Source of the DNA: Armatimonadota bacterium
GTDB taxonomy: Bacteria > Armatimonadota > JADLDR01
NCBI GenBank assembly: GCA_020846535.1
Contig: JADLDR010000140.1
Coordinates: forward strand, 14,253-78,252
Direction of reading: 5' to 3'
Length of the DNA: 64,000 nt
The notes under the pieces: generated by a model
What the model saw: the letters and a program-made list of their open reading frames with translations, nothing else
The model's database searches: none
Told to the model about the DNA's origin: nothing
Shown: positions 9,653 through 19,203 of the stretch, piece after piece
Layout of the letters: every line of letters starts with the position of its first letter
Numbering within the stretch: the stretch's first letter is position 1
Program-made: the position numbers and the translations under genes

Positions 9653-10579
9653 TCAAGCCCTCTTTGCGGAATAGGCGAAGTCTTGAGTGGAGGCTTCCTG
9701 TTCGTAGGCGCGGAAGCCGCGGACCATCAGGCCGCGCTGGTTGCTCTTGCGGGTCTCAGCGATGTGCTTTTCGGCCTCGGCGCGGTTGGCGGCGGTGGTG
9801 GCGCTGATGACGACGTAATCATCGGCGCGGCGGTAGCGGTGGATGGCGACCGGGCGGGGCTTTGGGGAGTGGTTTTCCTGGGAGCCGTGGATCGTTTTGA
9901 CGTGGAAGAAGATCGAGTCCCCCGCCTTCCCGACGACCGGCAGGGATTTCTCCCACGGCCATTCCTGTTCATCCAGGCCCAGGTGAGAGAAGGTGTCGAT
10001 ATGGTTGAGGACGCCCATCGTGTGGGAGCCGGGAACCACATGAAGCGCCCCGTTCACCAGGTCGGTATCGACCAGGTAGCTCAAAACGCCGACCGGCCCC
10101 TCGTAGCGGTGTTCGAAATAGGCGGCGTCCTGGTGGAGATGTTTGGGATGCCCCCCGACCGGCTCCTTGTAAAGGCACTGGCCGCTCCCAAAAATCTCGA
10201 TGTTCGGGCCTAAAACAGCCTCCACGATGTCCACCGTTTTGCTGTCGAAGGCGCTCCTGAAGAAGACCGCGCTGGTGGTATAGCTGACCGCCAGCACCAT
10301 AATCTGCTTGTCCCGGGAATAGTGGGAAGGGGCGGGGATCAAGAGGGTCCCGTCAGGCGTCACCCATCCCTCGTTGACGCGCTCGGCGCGGTCGAGGAGG
10401 GCCAGAGATTGGGCCGCGGTCGCCTCGATATCGCGCTCCAGTTCGGCAAGATAAGGTTTCATCAGCCCGCGGACCACCAGGCAGCCGTGATCGCTGTAAA
10501 CGGCTGCGGCTTTCCGGAGATCCAGGTCGTCTGCAAATACCTCGATGTCCTCAACGGCAACGGCAGGCGCTGCGGTCAT
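9653..10579 (-). CDS. Phytanoyl-CoA dioxygenase (PhyH) family Fe(II)/2-oxoglutarate oxygenase
   Basis: Trimmed to ATG 10579, which has AAAGGAGGAA upstream. Facial-triad context is present: HLHQDAAYFE, ALHVVPGSH and FFHVKTIHGSQEN. Confidence 0.8.
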   Translation of the reverse strand: MTAAPAVAVEDIEVFADDLDLRKAAAVYSDHGCLVVRGLMKPYLAELERDIEATAAQSLALLDRAERVNEGWVTPDGTLLIPAPSHYSRDKQIMVLAVSYTTSAVFFRSAFDSKTVDIVEAVLGPNIEIFGSGQCLYKEPVGGHPKHLHQDAAYFEHRYEGPVGVLSYLVDTDLVNGALHVVPGSHTMGVLNHIDTFSHLGLDEQEWPWEKSLPVVGKAGDSIFFHVKTIHGSQENHSPKPRPVAIHRYRRADDYVVISATTAANRAEAEKHIAETRKSNQRGLMVRGFRAYEQEASTQDFAYSAKRA

Positions 10580-10735
10580 CGCTGTTCCTCCTTTTTCATC
10601 GGCAGCGGAGGAAAGCCCTCCATTGAAACAGTCACTACCTACGCGCATGATTATACCGTTCGGGCACGGCTTTGTCAAGGCCGGGGCTGCGCTGGCTGCC
10701 CCTCTATGGCATCTGCAGCATTTTGATCGTTTTCC

Positions 10736-10764
10736 TTGACCGGAGTGAATAAAAACGATATACT
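10736..10764 (+). promoter_or_regulatory. Putative sigma70-type promoter for the DUF1559 gene
   Basis: TTGACC (10736-10741), a 17-nt spacer, then TATACT (10759-10764). It sits in the AT-rich divergent intergenic region. Prediction from sequence only. Confidence 0.3.
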
Positions 10765-10909
10765 ATAATCAAGAGAGCGTCTTTTATGCCCCGGAGCGTT
10801 ATATTTTGACAAGAGACTGCGGTTTCAGGGGATGAAAAGAGGTGGTGATTTTTCGAGCGGGCGAAAAGATAAACGACAGGCGCAAAGACGCCTGGAAAGG
10901 AAACAGTTC

Positions 10910-11626
10910 ATGAAAAGACACGGTTTTACGCTTATCGAGTTGCTTGTTGTCATTGCGATTATCGCCATTCTGGCAGCCATTCTCTTCCCGGTTTTCGCGC
11001 AGGCGCGTGAAAAGGCGAGGGCCATCACCTGCACCAGCAACTTGAAGCAGATGGGTCTCTCCTTTGCAATGTACCGGCAGGATTACGACGGCAACCATCC
11101 TCCTGTGTGGCAGTACTGGCCCGACGGAGCGCCTCACTACTGGATGCAGATCATTTATCCCTATGCCAAGACCACGGCGGCCTGGATCTGCCCCAGCGGC
11201 ATGAAGCCCAGCGATACCATCAACCCGGACAAGTGGACCGGCTGGCACGGCTGCACGGCGGCAGGCGGCGCAGGCTACCGGATGAACAACTATGCCTCCG
11301 GCGCAGGCACCAGCCCGGCCAATGAATCCAGTGTGGCCTATCCTTCGGAGCTGTTCGTGGCCTTCGATGGGGTGCGATCCTACGACAACAACGGGGCTTG
11401 GACTGCGGAGACGATTGACTATCCGGGATGGACGAACGCCTGGGTAGAGCCTTGTCCCGAACTGTGGGCTGTCCAGCAGAGAGATTATAGCCTGACCACC
11501 ACCGATGTTTCCGACCGCCACAGCAAAGGCTACAACGTCGTCTTCTACGACGGCCATGCCAAGTGGATGCGCTGGGGCAGCAGCAAGCCGCGCAACTGGT
11601 ACATCGACGGCAAGGAAACCGACTGA
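10910..11626 (+). CDS. DUF1559 / prepilin-type N-terminal cleavage-methylation domain protein (H-X9-DG pseudopilin-like)
   Basis: Leader [27 protein letters not shown], then CTSNLKQMG, then the C-terminal [17 protein letters not shown]. Trimmed from 10832 to ATG 10910. Confidence 0.9.
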   Translation: MKRHGFTLIELLVVIAIIAILAAILFPVFAQAREKARAITCTSNLKQMGLSFAMYRQDYDGNHPPVWQYWPDGAPHYWMQIIYPYAKTTAAWICPSGMKPSDTINPDKWTGWHGCTAAGGAGYRMNNYASGAGTSPANESSVAYPSELFVAFDGVRSYDNNGAWTAETIDYPGWTNAWVEPCPELWAVQQRDYSLTTTDVSDRHSKGYNVVFYDGHAKWMRWGSSKPRNWYIDGKETD

Positions 11627-11642
11627 TTCAATTTATCTGGAA

Positions 11643-11677
11643 GCGCCCGAATCCTCAAAGATTCGGGCGCTTTTTTT
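11643..11677 (+). terminator. Rho-independent terminator
   Basis: GCGCCCGAATC, loop CTCAAA, GATTCGGGCGC, followed by TTTTTTT. It begins 17 nt after the stop codon. Confidence 0.85.
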
Positions 11678-11790
11678 GTGAGTGCGAGGGAGAAGTGCGG
11701 TTGAGTATATTTCGCCCCGTTATGAGGCGCATAAGTGATGGGGGAATCTGCGGCATTGGGAAAGAGTAGATCGATTTCGCATCTGTGAGT

Positions 11791-11828
11791 CTGGAGATTG
11801 CCACGTCGCTGCGCTCCTCGCAATGACA
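11791..11828. repeat. Palindromic intergenic element family, right arm (a degenerate left arm may lie at about 11678-11705)
   Basis: CTGGAGATTGCCACGTCGCTGCGCTCCTCGCAATGAC. This arm supplies the spurious N-terminus MPRRCAPRNDI of track ORF 11798..13021. Confidence 0.7.
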
Positions 11829-11977
11829 TCGATACGGCTGCGCTCCTTGACGCCGGGGGGAATGTCCGGGCATTACGAACGCATTTGAAATTTGAATCCA
11901 CAAATTTCCTGCCTCCACACAAGGAACAAAGAGGCGTCACCTCTAATAAAGGGACTACCTTAAACGGAGGAGAGCTT

Positions 11978-13021
11978 ATGACCTCGCGCCAGCGGCAGCT
12001 TGCGGCCATCCGGCATGAAATGACGGACCGGATATCGGTGGATGCGATTTGCGTGGAAACGCCCCGGGAAATCACCTCCTTTTTGAATATCGCCCCTGAT
12101 CAGGTGTTGCAGAGGCTGGGGCTGGACAGGCGGGCCGTGACCGCCGGGGGGTACGCGGGGGAGTTCCCGGACGGGCCGGAGGACGTCAGAGAATGGGGAA
12201 CCCTGGAAACGGGCGAATACGGCGCATCGCGCTCCTATCCTCTGGCCGCCGCGTCGAGCGTGCGGGAGATCGAGCGGTATCCCTGGCCCGACCCGTCCCT
12301 GTACGACTATGAGGCGGCGGGCCGCTATGCCCGGCAGGTCGGGGAGGAATATGCTGTCCGGGGGCCGTACTGGAAGCCCCTGTTTTGCATGGCCCGCAAC
12401 CTGTTCGGCATGGCGGAAGCCCTGGTCAGATCGGTTGCCGAACCGGCTGTCTTCGAGGCCGTGCTGGAGTACGCCTGCCTGCATGTGGAGGAGTTCTGCC
12501 GTAGGCTCCTGGACGCCTGCGGGGATGCGATGCCCGTCCTCAGCCTGGGGGACGATTTCGCCACCCAGCGCGGCCTGATGATCTCCCCCGCCGCCTGGCG
12601 CGCCTTTTTAAAGCCCCGCTACGCCCGGCTCTTCCGGATCGCCAAAGAGAGGGGTAAATACGTCTGGTTCCATTCCTGCGGGGACATTACCCCTGTGCTG
12701 CCCGATCTGATCGATATCGGTATGGATGTCTGGGAAACCGTCCAACTGCATGCCCTCCCCATGCCTCCCGAAATCCTCAAGCGCGAATACAGCCCCTCCA
12801 TCGCCTTCTTCGGCGGCGTCAATACGCAAACCCTGCCCTTCGCCTCCCTGGAGGAAGTATTGCGCTGCATCGAGGTATTGGGCAGAGACGGCGGGTATAT
12901 CTGCGGCCCGGACCACCATATCAAGCCCGATGTGCCGCCCGCCAATGCGGCGGCCCTCTTCGATATCGCCCTTGCCTTCCGGCGCGAAGGCTATACGCTT
13001 TCAGAAAAGGATATGTCATGA
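11978..13021 (+). CDS. Uroporphyrinogen-decarboxylase (URO-D) family protein, MtaA/CmuA-like fold
   Basis: Trimmed to ATG 11978 (GGAGGAG upstream). N-terminus is MTSRQRQLAAIRHEMTDRISVD. The C-terminal half (WFHSCGDITPVLPDLIDIGMDVWETVQ, ICGPDHHIKPDVP) is typical of URO-D-like TIM barrels. Confidence 0.75.
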   Translation: MTSRQRQLAAIRHEMTDRISVDAICVETPREITSFLNIAPDQVLQRLGLDRRAVTAGGYAGEFPDGPEDVREWGTLETGEYGASRSYPLAAASSVREIERYPWPDPSLYDYEAAGRYARQVGEEYAVRGPYWKPLFCMARNLFGMAEALVRSVAEPAVFEAVLEYACLHVEEFCRRLLDACGDAMPVLSLGDDFATQRGLMISPAAWRAFLKPRYARLFRIAKERGKYVWFHSCGDITPVLPDLIDIGMDVWETVQLHALPMPPEILKREYSPSIAFFGGVNTQTLPFASLEEVLRCIEVLGRDGGYICGPDHHIKPDVPPANAAALFDIALAFRREGYTLSEKDMS

Positions 13022-14073
13022 ATTCACGCGAGCGCGTTTTGGCCGCCATCAACCGCGAACCGCTGGACCGCATCCCCACCGACATCTGGGCCACCGGGGA
13101 GGTATGGGAAAAGCTGAGGCGGCATTTCGGGGACGGAACCGATATCCACCGGGCGCTTCATATCGACGGCATCGCCTCGGTCGGGGCGCGTTATGCGGGA
13201 CCGCCTCTGCCCGAGCCGCCGGAGGGCGAAACCGTGGACTATTGGGGCATCCGGGCAAAGCGGGTGGACTACGGAACCGGAGCCTACTACGAGCAGTCCT
13301 TCCACCCCCTGGCGGAAGCTCGGACCATCGACGACCTGGAGCGATATCCCTGGCCGAAGGCGGACTGGTTCGACTGCTCCGAGATGCCTGCGGCGGCCAA
13401 AGCCGCTCGCGAAACCCATGCGGTCTCCTGCGGCTATATGGCCCCTTTTTATTTCCACAACCTGCTGCGCGGGCTGGAAACCTCTCTGGTCGATCCCCTG
13501 GAAGATGCGGAGTTCACCCGCCACCTGCTCAGCCGCCTGTCCGACAGCTTCTATGAAGTCCACCTGCGGATGTTCGAGACCTGTGAGGGCTTGATCGATA
13601 CTGCCCATGTTACGGACGACTACGGCAGCCAGACCGGGCCGCTGATCGGCCTGAAGACTTTCCGCGAGTTTTACAAGCCCCACCTCAAGCGGTTCGCCGA
13701 TCTCTGCCGCGGCTTCGGCATCAAGGTCTTCCACCATGACGACGGGGCCATCCGTCCCTTCCTACCCGATCTGATCGAAATCGGCATCGACATCCTGAAC
13801 CCGGTGCAGGCGAACTGCCCCGGCATGGAGATGGAAGGGCTGAAGCGCGACTTCGGGGATGTTCTGTGCTTCCACGGCGGTATCGATAACCAGGCCGTCC
13901 TCCCCTTCGGCACTCCGGAGGAAGTCCGGGCCGAGGTGCGCCACGCTATCGATGCCCTCGCCAGCGACAGAACCGGCTACATCCTGGCCCCCTGCCACAA
14001 CTTGCAGCCCGTCTCGCCGGTGGAGAACATCCTGGCGATGTACGATGAGGCGTGGCATTACGGGAAGTTTTGA
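13018..14073 (+). CDS. URO-D family protein (paralog of the preceding gene)
   Basis: ATGA start/stop overlap with the upstream gene. Sequence includes MNSRERVLAAINREPLDRIPTDIW, VFHHDDGAIRPFLPDLIEIGIDILNPVQ and ILAPCHNLQPVSP. Confidence 0.75.
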   Translation: MNSRERVLAAINREPLDRIPTDIWATGEVWEKLRRHFGDGTDIHRALHIDGIASVGARYAGPPLPEPPEGETVDYWGIRAKRVDYGTGAYYEQSFHPLAEARTIDDLERYPWPKADWFDCSEMPAAAKAARETHAVSCGYMAPFYFHNLLRGLETSLVDPLEDAEFTRHLLSRLSDSFYEVHLRMFETCEGLIDTAHVTDDYGSQTGPLIGLKTFREFYKPHLKRFADLCRGFGIKVFHHDDGAIRPFLPDLIEIGIDILNPVQANCPGMEMEGLKRDFGDVLCFHGGIDNQAVLPFGTPEEVRAEVRHAIDALASDRTGYILAPCHNLQPVSPVENILAMYDEAWHYGKF

Positions 14074-14085
14074 GGATACCTTCCT

Positions 14086-16917
14086 GTGGACGCCCGCTAC
14101 TGGATCGAAAAATTGAATCTCTCCCCTCACCCCGAGGGTGGCTACTTCCGCGAAACCTACCGGTCCGCAGAAACGGCGCGGCAGGACCATCTGCCTGCCC
14201 GCTATGGCGGCGCTCGTTCCTTTTCGACCGCCATCTATTTTTTGCTGGAAGGCCGTCGAACTTCGGCCCTCCACCACCTGAAGTCCGATGAGGTCTGGCA
14301 TTTTTATGCAGGCAGCCCTGTTATCCTTTCTCTCATCGCCCCGGACGGCAGCCTGTCTGTGATCAGGCTGGGCGGCGACCCGGAGCGAGGAGAATCGTTC
14401 CAGGCCGTCATCCCGGCGGGCCACTGGTTCGGAGCCGAGGTGGAGGATGCTTCGTCCTACGCCCTGGTCGGCTGCACGGTCGCTCCGGGCTTCGATTTCA
14501 GCGATTTCGAGCTGGGGCGGAAGGAGGGCCTGTTAGCGCAGTTCCCGCAGCATGAAGCCATCATTCGAAAACTGACGAAACGACAAGCTATCCCAAAGGA
14601 GGAATCCCTCATGGAGCATATCTCTTTGAACGGAACCTGGCGGCTTACCTATTTTCCGGAAGGCTCCCAACCGGTTATCTGCCCGGCTGACCTGGAGAGC
14701 GTGCAGGCCGAAACGATCCCGGCGGAAGTGCCGGGCAATGTGGAACTCGATCTGACCCGGGCCGGAAAGCTGCCGGATCCCTTCCAGGGCAACCATATCT
14801 TTCGACTGCGCCCTTTCGAGTTTTATGAGTGGTGGTACCGCCGCGCCTTTCCCACCCCACCGCTGGAGGGCAGGCGAACTGTCCTGGTTTTTCACGGCCT
14901 GGACTGCATCGCCACCATCTGGCTGAACGGAGAGCCGGTCGGGCAGGCGGAGAACATGCTGGTGGAGCATGGCTTCGATATCACCCACCTTCTGAGATCG
15001 GAGGGAGAAAACGAACTGGCCGTCCACATCCGTTCTGCCGTCAACGAGGCCCGAAAGCATCATTACCATCCTGCCGAAAGCTCGCTGCCGGTCAACTGGG
15101 AATCGCTGCCCGTCCGCAAGGCCCCGCACATGTACGGCTGGGACATCTGCCCCCGGGCCGTCTCCGCCGGACTCTGGCGCTCGGTGGAACTCCGGCTTCA
15201 GCCCGCCACCCGCCTGACCGATCTCTACTATCACACCCAGGGCATCGGGGAAAAGGACGCCTGGCTGGGCGTTCAGTGGCAATTCGAGACCGATGCCCCG
15301 GCTCTGGACGGCTTCGCCCTGCGCTTCACCGGCGAATGCGGCTCCAGCCGTTTCGAAACCACCCTCCCGGCCCGCTTTGTGGCCGGCTCCGATACCCTCT
15401 ATATCCCCAACGCCCGCCCCTGGTGGCCGAAAGGCTACGGCGATCCCGACCTCTATACCGTTACCTGCGAGCTCCTCAAAGACGGCCAGCCGGTGGACAG
15501 CCGCATCGACCGCATCGGCGTGCGGAAGCTGGAACTGATCCGCACCGAAACCGCCGGGGACGAAGGCCAGTTCCTCTTCAAAGTGAACGGAACCCCGATC
15601 CTGGTCAAAGGGGCCAACTGGGTTCCTGCCGACGCCTTCCACAGCCGGGACGCCGGGCGCTACCGGCCCGTCCTCGACCTCTTCGATGACCTGGCCTGCA
15701 ACATGCTCCGCTGCTGGGGCGGTAACGTTTATGAAGACCACACCTTCTTCGACCTGTGCGATGAGAAGGGCATTCTGGTCTGGCAGGATTTCGCCCTGGC
15801 CTGCTCGCGCTATCCCCAGGACGGGCATTTCCATGCGGTCATGCGGGAGGAAGCGGAATCGGTTGTCCGCAAGCTCCGGAACCACGCCTCCCTTGCCGTC
15901 TGGTGTGGCAACAATGAAATCGATGATGTCTATCTGGGCGCAGGAATGGACCCGGCCCATGACCTGATCTCCCGCCAGGTATTGCCGGAGGTGGCGCACC
16001 GGTGGGACCCCTACCGCTCTTACGTGCCGAGTTCCCCCTACCACAGCCCGGAGAAGGTCAGGCGGGGCGACGGGAGGCTTCTCACGGAACAGCACCTCTG
16101 GGGGCCGAGGGACTATTTCAAGAGCCGCTTCTACACCGAATCCACCGCTCACTTCGTCGGGGAGATCGGCTACCACGGCTGCCCGAATATCTCCTCCATG
16201 AAGAAATTCCTTTCCCCGGAGGCGCTCTGGCCCTGGCAGGATAACGAGGAGTGGCGCACCCACTGCACCGATCCGGTCCCGGGCGGGTCGGGATTTGCAT
16301 ACCGTGTTTCCCTGATGGCGAATCAGACCCAGGAGCTTTTCGGCAGCGTCCCCGAAACGCTGGAGGATTTCGTCCTGGCCTCTCAAGTTTCCCAGGCCGA
16401 GGCCAAAAAGTTCTTCGTGGAGATGGTCCGTCTGAAGAAATGGCGGCGAACCGGCCTCCTCTGGTGGAACGTCTGCGACTGCTGGCCCCAGTTTTCCGAT
16501 GCCATCGTGGATTACTATCTCGGCAAAAAGCTGGCCTATTACTACCTGCGCCGCGTCCAGCAGCCGGTCTGCGTGATGGTGGATGAGCCGGAAGACTGGC
16601 ATGTGCGCGTGGCGGTCGGCAACGACTCCCGCCAGAACGCCTCCGGCCACTTCCGCATCACCGACACCGACACCGGCCAGGCCCTCCTGGAAGGCAATTA
16701 TGCCGTCACGGCCAACGAAAACCGCAACCTGGGCCGCATCCGTGTTTCCCGGGGCGAGCAGAAGCTTTTCGTCATCGAATGGACTGCGAACGGCGCAAAC
16801 TACGGCAACCATTACCTGCTGGGAACGCCTCCCTTCTCCCTGGAGCGATACCGCCAGTGGCTCCGACGGATCGCCTCCCTCCCGATGGGATTCGAGGCGC
16901 AGGAGGTCGGGAAGTAA
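14086..16917 (+). CDS. DUF985 cupin (aa 1-165) fused in frame to a GH2 beta-mannosidase-like enzyme (independent ATG at 14611)
   Basis: N-terminal segment: YWIEKLNLSPHPEGGYFRETYRS...SAIYFLL...SDEVWHFY, the DUF985 cupin. From 14611: MEHISLNGTWRL..WWYRRAF..IWLNGEPVG..NHASLAVWCGNNE..FVGEIGYHG, a GH2 layout. AGGAGG lies 7 nt upstream of ATG 14611, inside the 10-codon linker RQAIPKEESL. Confidence 0.8.
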   Translation: MDARYWIEKLNLSPHPEGGYFRETYRSAETARQDHLPARYGGARSFSTAIYFLLEGRRTSALHHLKSDEVWHFYAGSPVILSLIAPDGSLSVIRLGGDPERGESFQAVIPAGHWFGAEVEDASSYALVGCTVAPGFDFSDFELGRKEGLLAQFPQHEAIIRKLTKRQAIPKEESLMEHISLNGTWRLTYFPEGSQPVICPADLESVQAETIPAEVPGNVELDLTRAGKLPDPFQGNHIFRLRPFEFYEWWYRRAFPTPPLEGRRTVLVFHGLDCIATIWLNGEPVGQAENMLVEHGFDITHLLRSEGENELAVHIRSAVNEARKHHYHPAESSLPVNWESLPVRKAPHMYGWDICPRAVSAGLWRSVELRLQPATRLTDLYYHTQGIGEKDAWLGVQWQFETDAPALDGFALRFTGECGSSRFETTLPARFVAGSDTLYIPNARPWWPKGYGDPDLYTVTCELLKDGQPVDSRIDRIGVRKLELIRTETAGDEGQFLFKVNGTPILVKGANWVPADAFHSRDAGRYRPVLDLFDDLACNMLRCWGGNVYEDHTFFDLCDEKGILVWQDFALACSRYPQDGHFHAVMREEAESVVRKLRNHASLAVWCGNNEIDDVYLGAGMDPAHDLISRQVLPEVAHRWDPYRSYVPSSPYHSPEKVRRGDGRLLTEQHLWGPRDYFKSRFYTESTAHFVGEIGYHGCPNISSMKKFLSPEALWPWQDNEEWRTHCTDPVPGGSGFAYRVSLMANQTQELFGSVPETLEDFVLASQVSQAEAKKFFVEMVRLKKWRRTGLLWWNVCDCWPQFSDAIVDYYLGKKLAYYYLRRVQQPVCVMVDEPEDWHVRVAVGNDSRQNASGHFRITDTDTGQALLEGNYAVTANENRNLGRIRVSRGEQKLFVIEWTANGANYGNHYLLGTPPFSLERYRQWLRRIASLPMGFEAQEVGK

Positions 16918-16932
16918 CAGGAGACAGAACCG

Positions 16933-18429
16933 ATGCCTGTATTCGCTCAACCCTGGATAGGGTTTATCCTGACCTGCCTCGTCTGGCTCATGGTTTGCCG
17001 GACGCTCGCCCTGGCGGACGATCTCACCGTTTCCTGCCAACCTTACCAGACCGGGGATTTTTACGCAAGCGCCGTCCTGCCGGTGGAGGGACAGCCTGTG
17101 GCTCTGACCGTCGAGCCTCGCGCCAGCAGCGCGGCAGGCGAGGTTTCGGCGCATCTGCAAATACTCAACGATTCCGGCAGGGCGGTCGAGGATACGACGC
17201 TCAAGCTATCGCCCCATGAGGGAAGGCTGCGCGGCCAGTTCACATGGACACCTCGCCTCAACGGCATGTACCGGGCGGTCGTCACCCTCGGCGCGGAAAG
17301 CCGTAAGGCCGAACTGCTGCTCCCGGTTATCTCGCCGAAAAGGCAGGTTCATTTTGTCTGGTACGCCGTTGCGCCGCACCTCCGGTGGGCCACCATGACC
17401 ACCGTGATCAGCGCCCGGAAAGATGAATCCTCCGAGGCGGCGATCAGGCGTCTGAAGGCCAGGGGCGTCGCCCCCATGGCTTACGGAGGCGTTCCCTCGG
17501 CTTTCGACGGCAAGGGGCAGCAGGTCAAAAGCTTTCAGGAACTGGAGGAAGAAGCGTTCCAATACTATAGCCGCCCTCTCACGGAAGGTCTGGCCGGGCT
17601 GGGCATCGATGAATTCGGAGGCTATCCCAGCACCCCTGACAACGAGGCGACGGCGGCGGTGCTGAGGGGCCTGATCCGCGCCCGCGAAGCGACGCCTGGC
17701 AGAGTTTTCGCCGCCTGGAACGCCGGGCCGGTCATGCCGGAGCGGATCGGGCTGTACCGGCAGGCCGCCGATTTTCTCCTTCTGGAAACCTATGTCTTCA
17801 AATATATTCCGGAAGGGATCGGCCTGGAAAACATCTATCCTATCCTGGACGAGCGATCCAACAGTACCCGGTTCGCAGAGATTCTCAATCCCGACTCGGG
17901 CAACCACTGCACCACCCTGCACAGCCTGGATACGGCGGCGCTGAACCAGGACACCGGCGAAATCGAGCAGGTGATCCGCTACATCCGCCAGAAGACCCCT
18001 GAAATGCGCGGCCTGTCCTTTTTCGGCACAGGTAAGCCGGAGAGCATCGAGATCAAAGCGGAGGCGGTGGCCTTCCGCTATTTCGTCCCCCCGGTGGTGA
18101 CCTTTCTGGAAGGCTCCCTGTGGGTGCAGCACGACAACCGGGGAACAAATCTGGTAGCGGCCATCTCCAATATCGGGGCGATGGACGCCAAAAACGTCAG
18201 GGTCGCCTTCTACGATAACGGCAAGCGGCTGGGAACGACAACCGCAGCTCATATTCCTGTCGGGCCGCACCGGAACGCCAACCGGGCGCTGCTCGCCTTC
18301 GCCTGGATCCCGGCCCCGGGCGTCCACCGCCTCGAAGCCCGGATCGACTCCGCCCCGAAATGCACCGTCCTGAACCCGATAGCCGCTCTGGCCGTCTTCG
18401 AATCCAAACCCGAGAAGGCTGCCCGATGA
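16933..18429 (+). CDS. Exported hypothetical protein with a C-terminal CARDB/Ig-like domain
   Basis: AGGAGA ribosome-binding site. Signal-like segment IGFILTCLVWLMVCRTLALA. The C-terminal LVAAISNIGAMDAKNVRVAFYDNG is CARDB-like. I recognise no family for the central region. Confidence 0.6.
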   Translation: MPVFAQPWIGFILTCLVWLMVCRTLALADDLTVSCQPYQTGDFYASAVLPVEGQPVALTVEPRASSAAGEVSAHLQILNDSGRAVEDTTLKLSPHEGRLRGQFTWTPRLNGMYRAVVTLGAESRKAELLLPVISPKRQVHFVWYAVAPHLRWATMTTVISARKDESSEAAIRRLKARGVAPMAYGGVPSAFDGKGQQVKSFQELEEEAFQYYSRPLTEGLAGLGIDEFGGYPSTPDNEATAAVLRGLIRAREATPGRVFAAWNAGPVMPERIGLYRQAADFLLLETYVFKYIPEGIGLENIYPILDERSNSTRFAEILNPDSGNHCTTLHSLDTAALNQDTGEIEQVIRYIRQKTPEMRGLSFFGTGKPESIEIKAEAVAFRYFVPPVVTFLEGSLWVQHDNRGTNLVAAISNIGAMDAKNVRVAFYDNGKRLGTTTAAHIPVGPHRNANRALLAFAWIPAPGVHRLEARIDSAPKCTVLNPIAALAVFESKPEKAAR

Positions 18430-19178
18430 GAAAGGCGGCCCGGCTGTGGGGTATTTTCATCCTGATCTCTCTGGCCCTGCCTGTCCCGGCCCGGCCCGCC
18501 GTCGATCTGGAGTTCGTGCCCGCCCCGCCCGGCAGCGGAGAATATATGTTTTCCGCCATCGCCGCCGGGCCGGACGGGAGAATCTATATGGGCACGGCTC
18601 CGACCGATGTGAGTTTTGCACACCTGCTTCGCTACGATCCGGCGTCAGGGCGGGTGGAGGATCTGGCGGACTTCCGGAAGCTGACAGGCGAAAATGATTC
18701 CAGGCTGATCCCCCAGTCGAAAATCCACACCCAGCTTGTTTTCGATAAAAAGGGCCTTCTCTGGTTCGGAACGCACTGCCACGAACGGGACACGGCCCAG
18801 GACGGCGGTCTGAGCCGCTTCCCGAAGGGCTATTCAGACGGCTACTGCTTCAGCTTCGACCCGAAGATAGCCCTCTTCGATAACCGCGGCATCCTTCTCC
18901 CCAAGAAGATGGAGTTTCCCTCCTCCCCGCTCGAATACGGCGAATCGCTGATCTCCGCCGCCTTCGACCCCGGGAAAGGTCGCTGGGTTACTTCATCTAT
19001 CGGCCTGTGGCCGCACAGTGACAACATCGCCTCCCACCGCACCCAATGGAGGTCATTTAGCTTTATGGATGGAGCCGCCCCTCTGTCATTGCCAGGAGCA
19101 AGGCGACGAAGCAATCTCCAGGAAAAGAATAAGAAAGAGATTGCCGTGTCGCTTCCGCTCCTCGCAATGACAGGCTGA
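18426..19178 (+). CDS. Exported beta-propeller-like hypothetical protein, C-terminus replaced by a repeat element
   Basis: ATG 18426 overlaps the upstream stop (ATGA). Signal peptide is MRKAARLWGIFILISLALPVPARPA. The last roughly 30 codons (..LSLPGARRRSNLQEKNKKEIAVSLPLLAMTG*) are encoded by element 19085..19171. Confidence 0.5.
   Translation: MRKAARLWGIFILISLALPVPARPAVDLEFVPAPPGSGEYMFSAIAAGPDGRIYMGTAPTDVSFAHLLRYDPASGRVEDLADFRKLTGENDSRLIPQSKIHTQLVFDKKGLLWFGTHCHERDTAQDGGLSRFPKGYSDGYCFSFDPKIALFDNRGILLPKKMEFPSSPLEYGESLISAAFDPGKGRWVTSSIGLWPHSDNIASHRTQWRSFSFMDGAAPLSLPGARRRSNLQEKNKKEIAVSLPLLAMTG
19085..19171. repeat. Palindromic intergenic element family, complete short-loop copy
   Basis: Left arm GTCATTGCCAGGAGCAAGGCGACGAAGCAATCTCCAGG, a 14-nt loop, then right arm GAGATTGCCGTGTCGCTTCCGCTCCTCGCAATGAC. 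Confidence 0.85.
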
Positions 19179-19203
19179 CGATTAAACCACAGGAGCATCC
19201 CTT

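Noticed and set aside
11798-11977. N-terminal extensions of track ORFs: 11798.., 33026.., 21527.., 4581..7061, 52968.., 10832.., 31798.., 51886.., 44402..
   Set aside because: The extensions are translations of palindromic elements or promoter regions (for example MPRRCAPRNDI and YHCEERKRRQ). Downstream in-frame starts have strong GGAGG-type ribosome-binding sites and family-typical N-termini.
11978-14073. Interpreting the URO-D/MtaA-like genes as part of a methylamine or methanol corrinoid methyltransferase system
   Set aside because: No corrinoid-binding protein, MttB/MtaB-type partner or activase lies nearby. The fold alone does not define that pathway.
14533-17160. Very long antisense ORFs: 14533..17160 (875 aa), 33335..35344, 23930..25495, 4269..5681, 25779..27038, 39103..40287, 55296..56594, 37160..38170 and others
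   Set aside because: They lie opposite confidently identified genes and are Arg/Gly/Pro/Ala-rich with no motifs. This is the expected stop-poor shadow frame in high-GC DNA.
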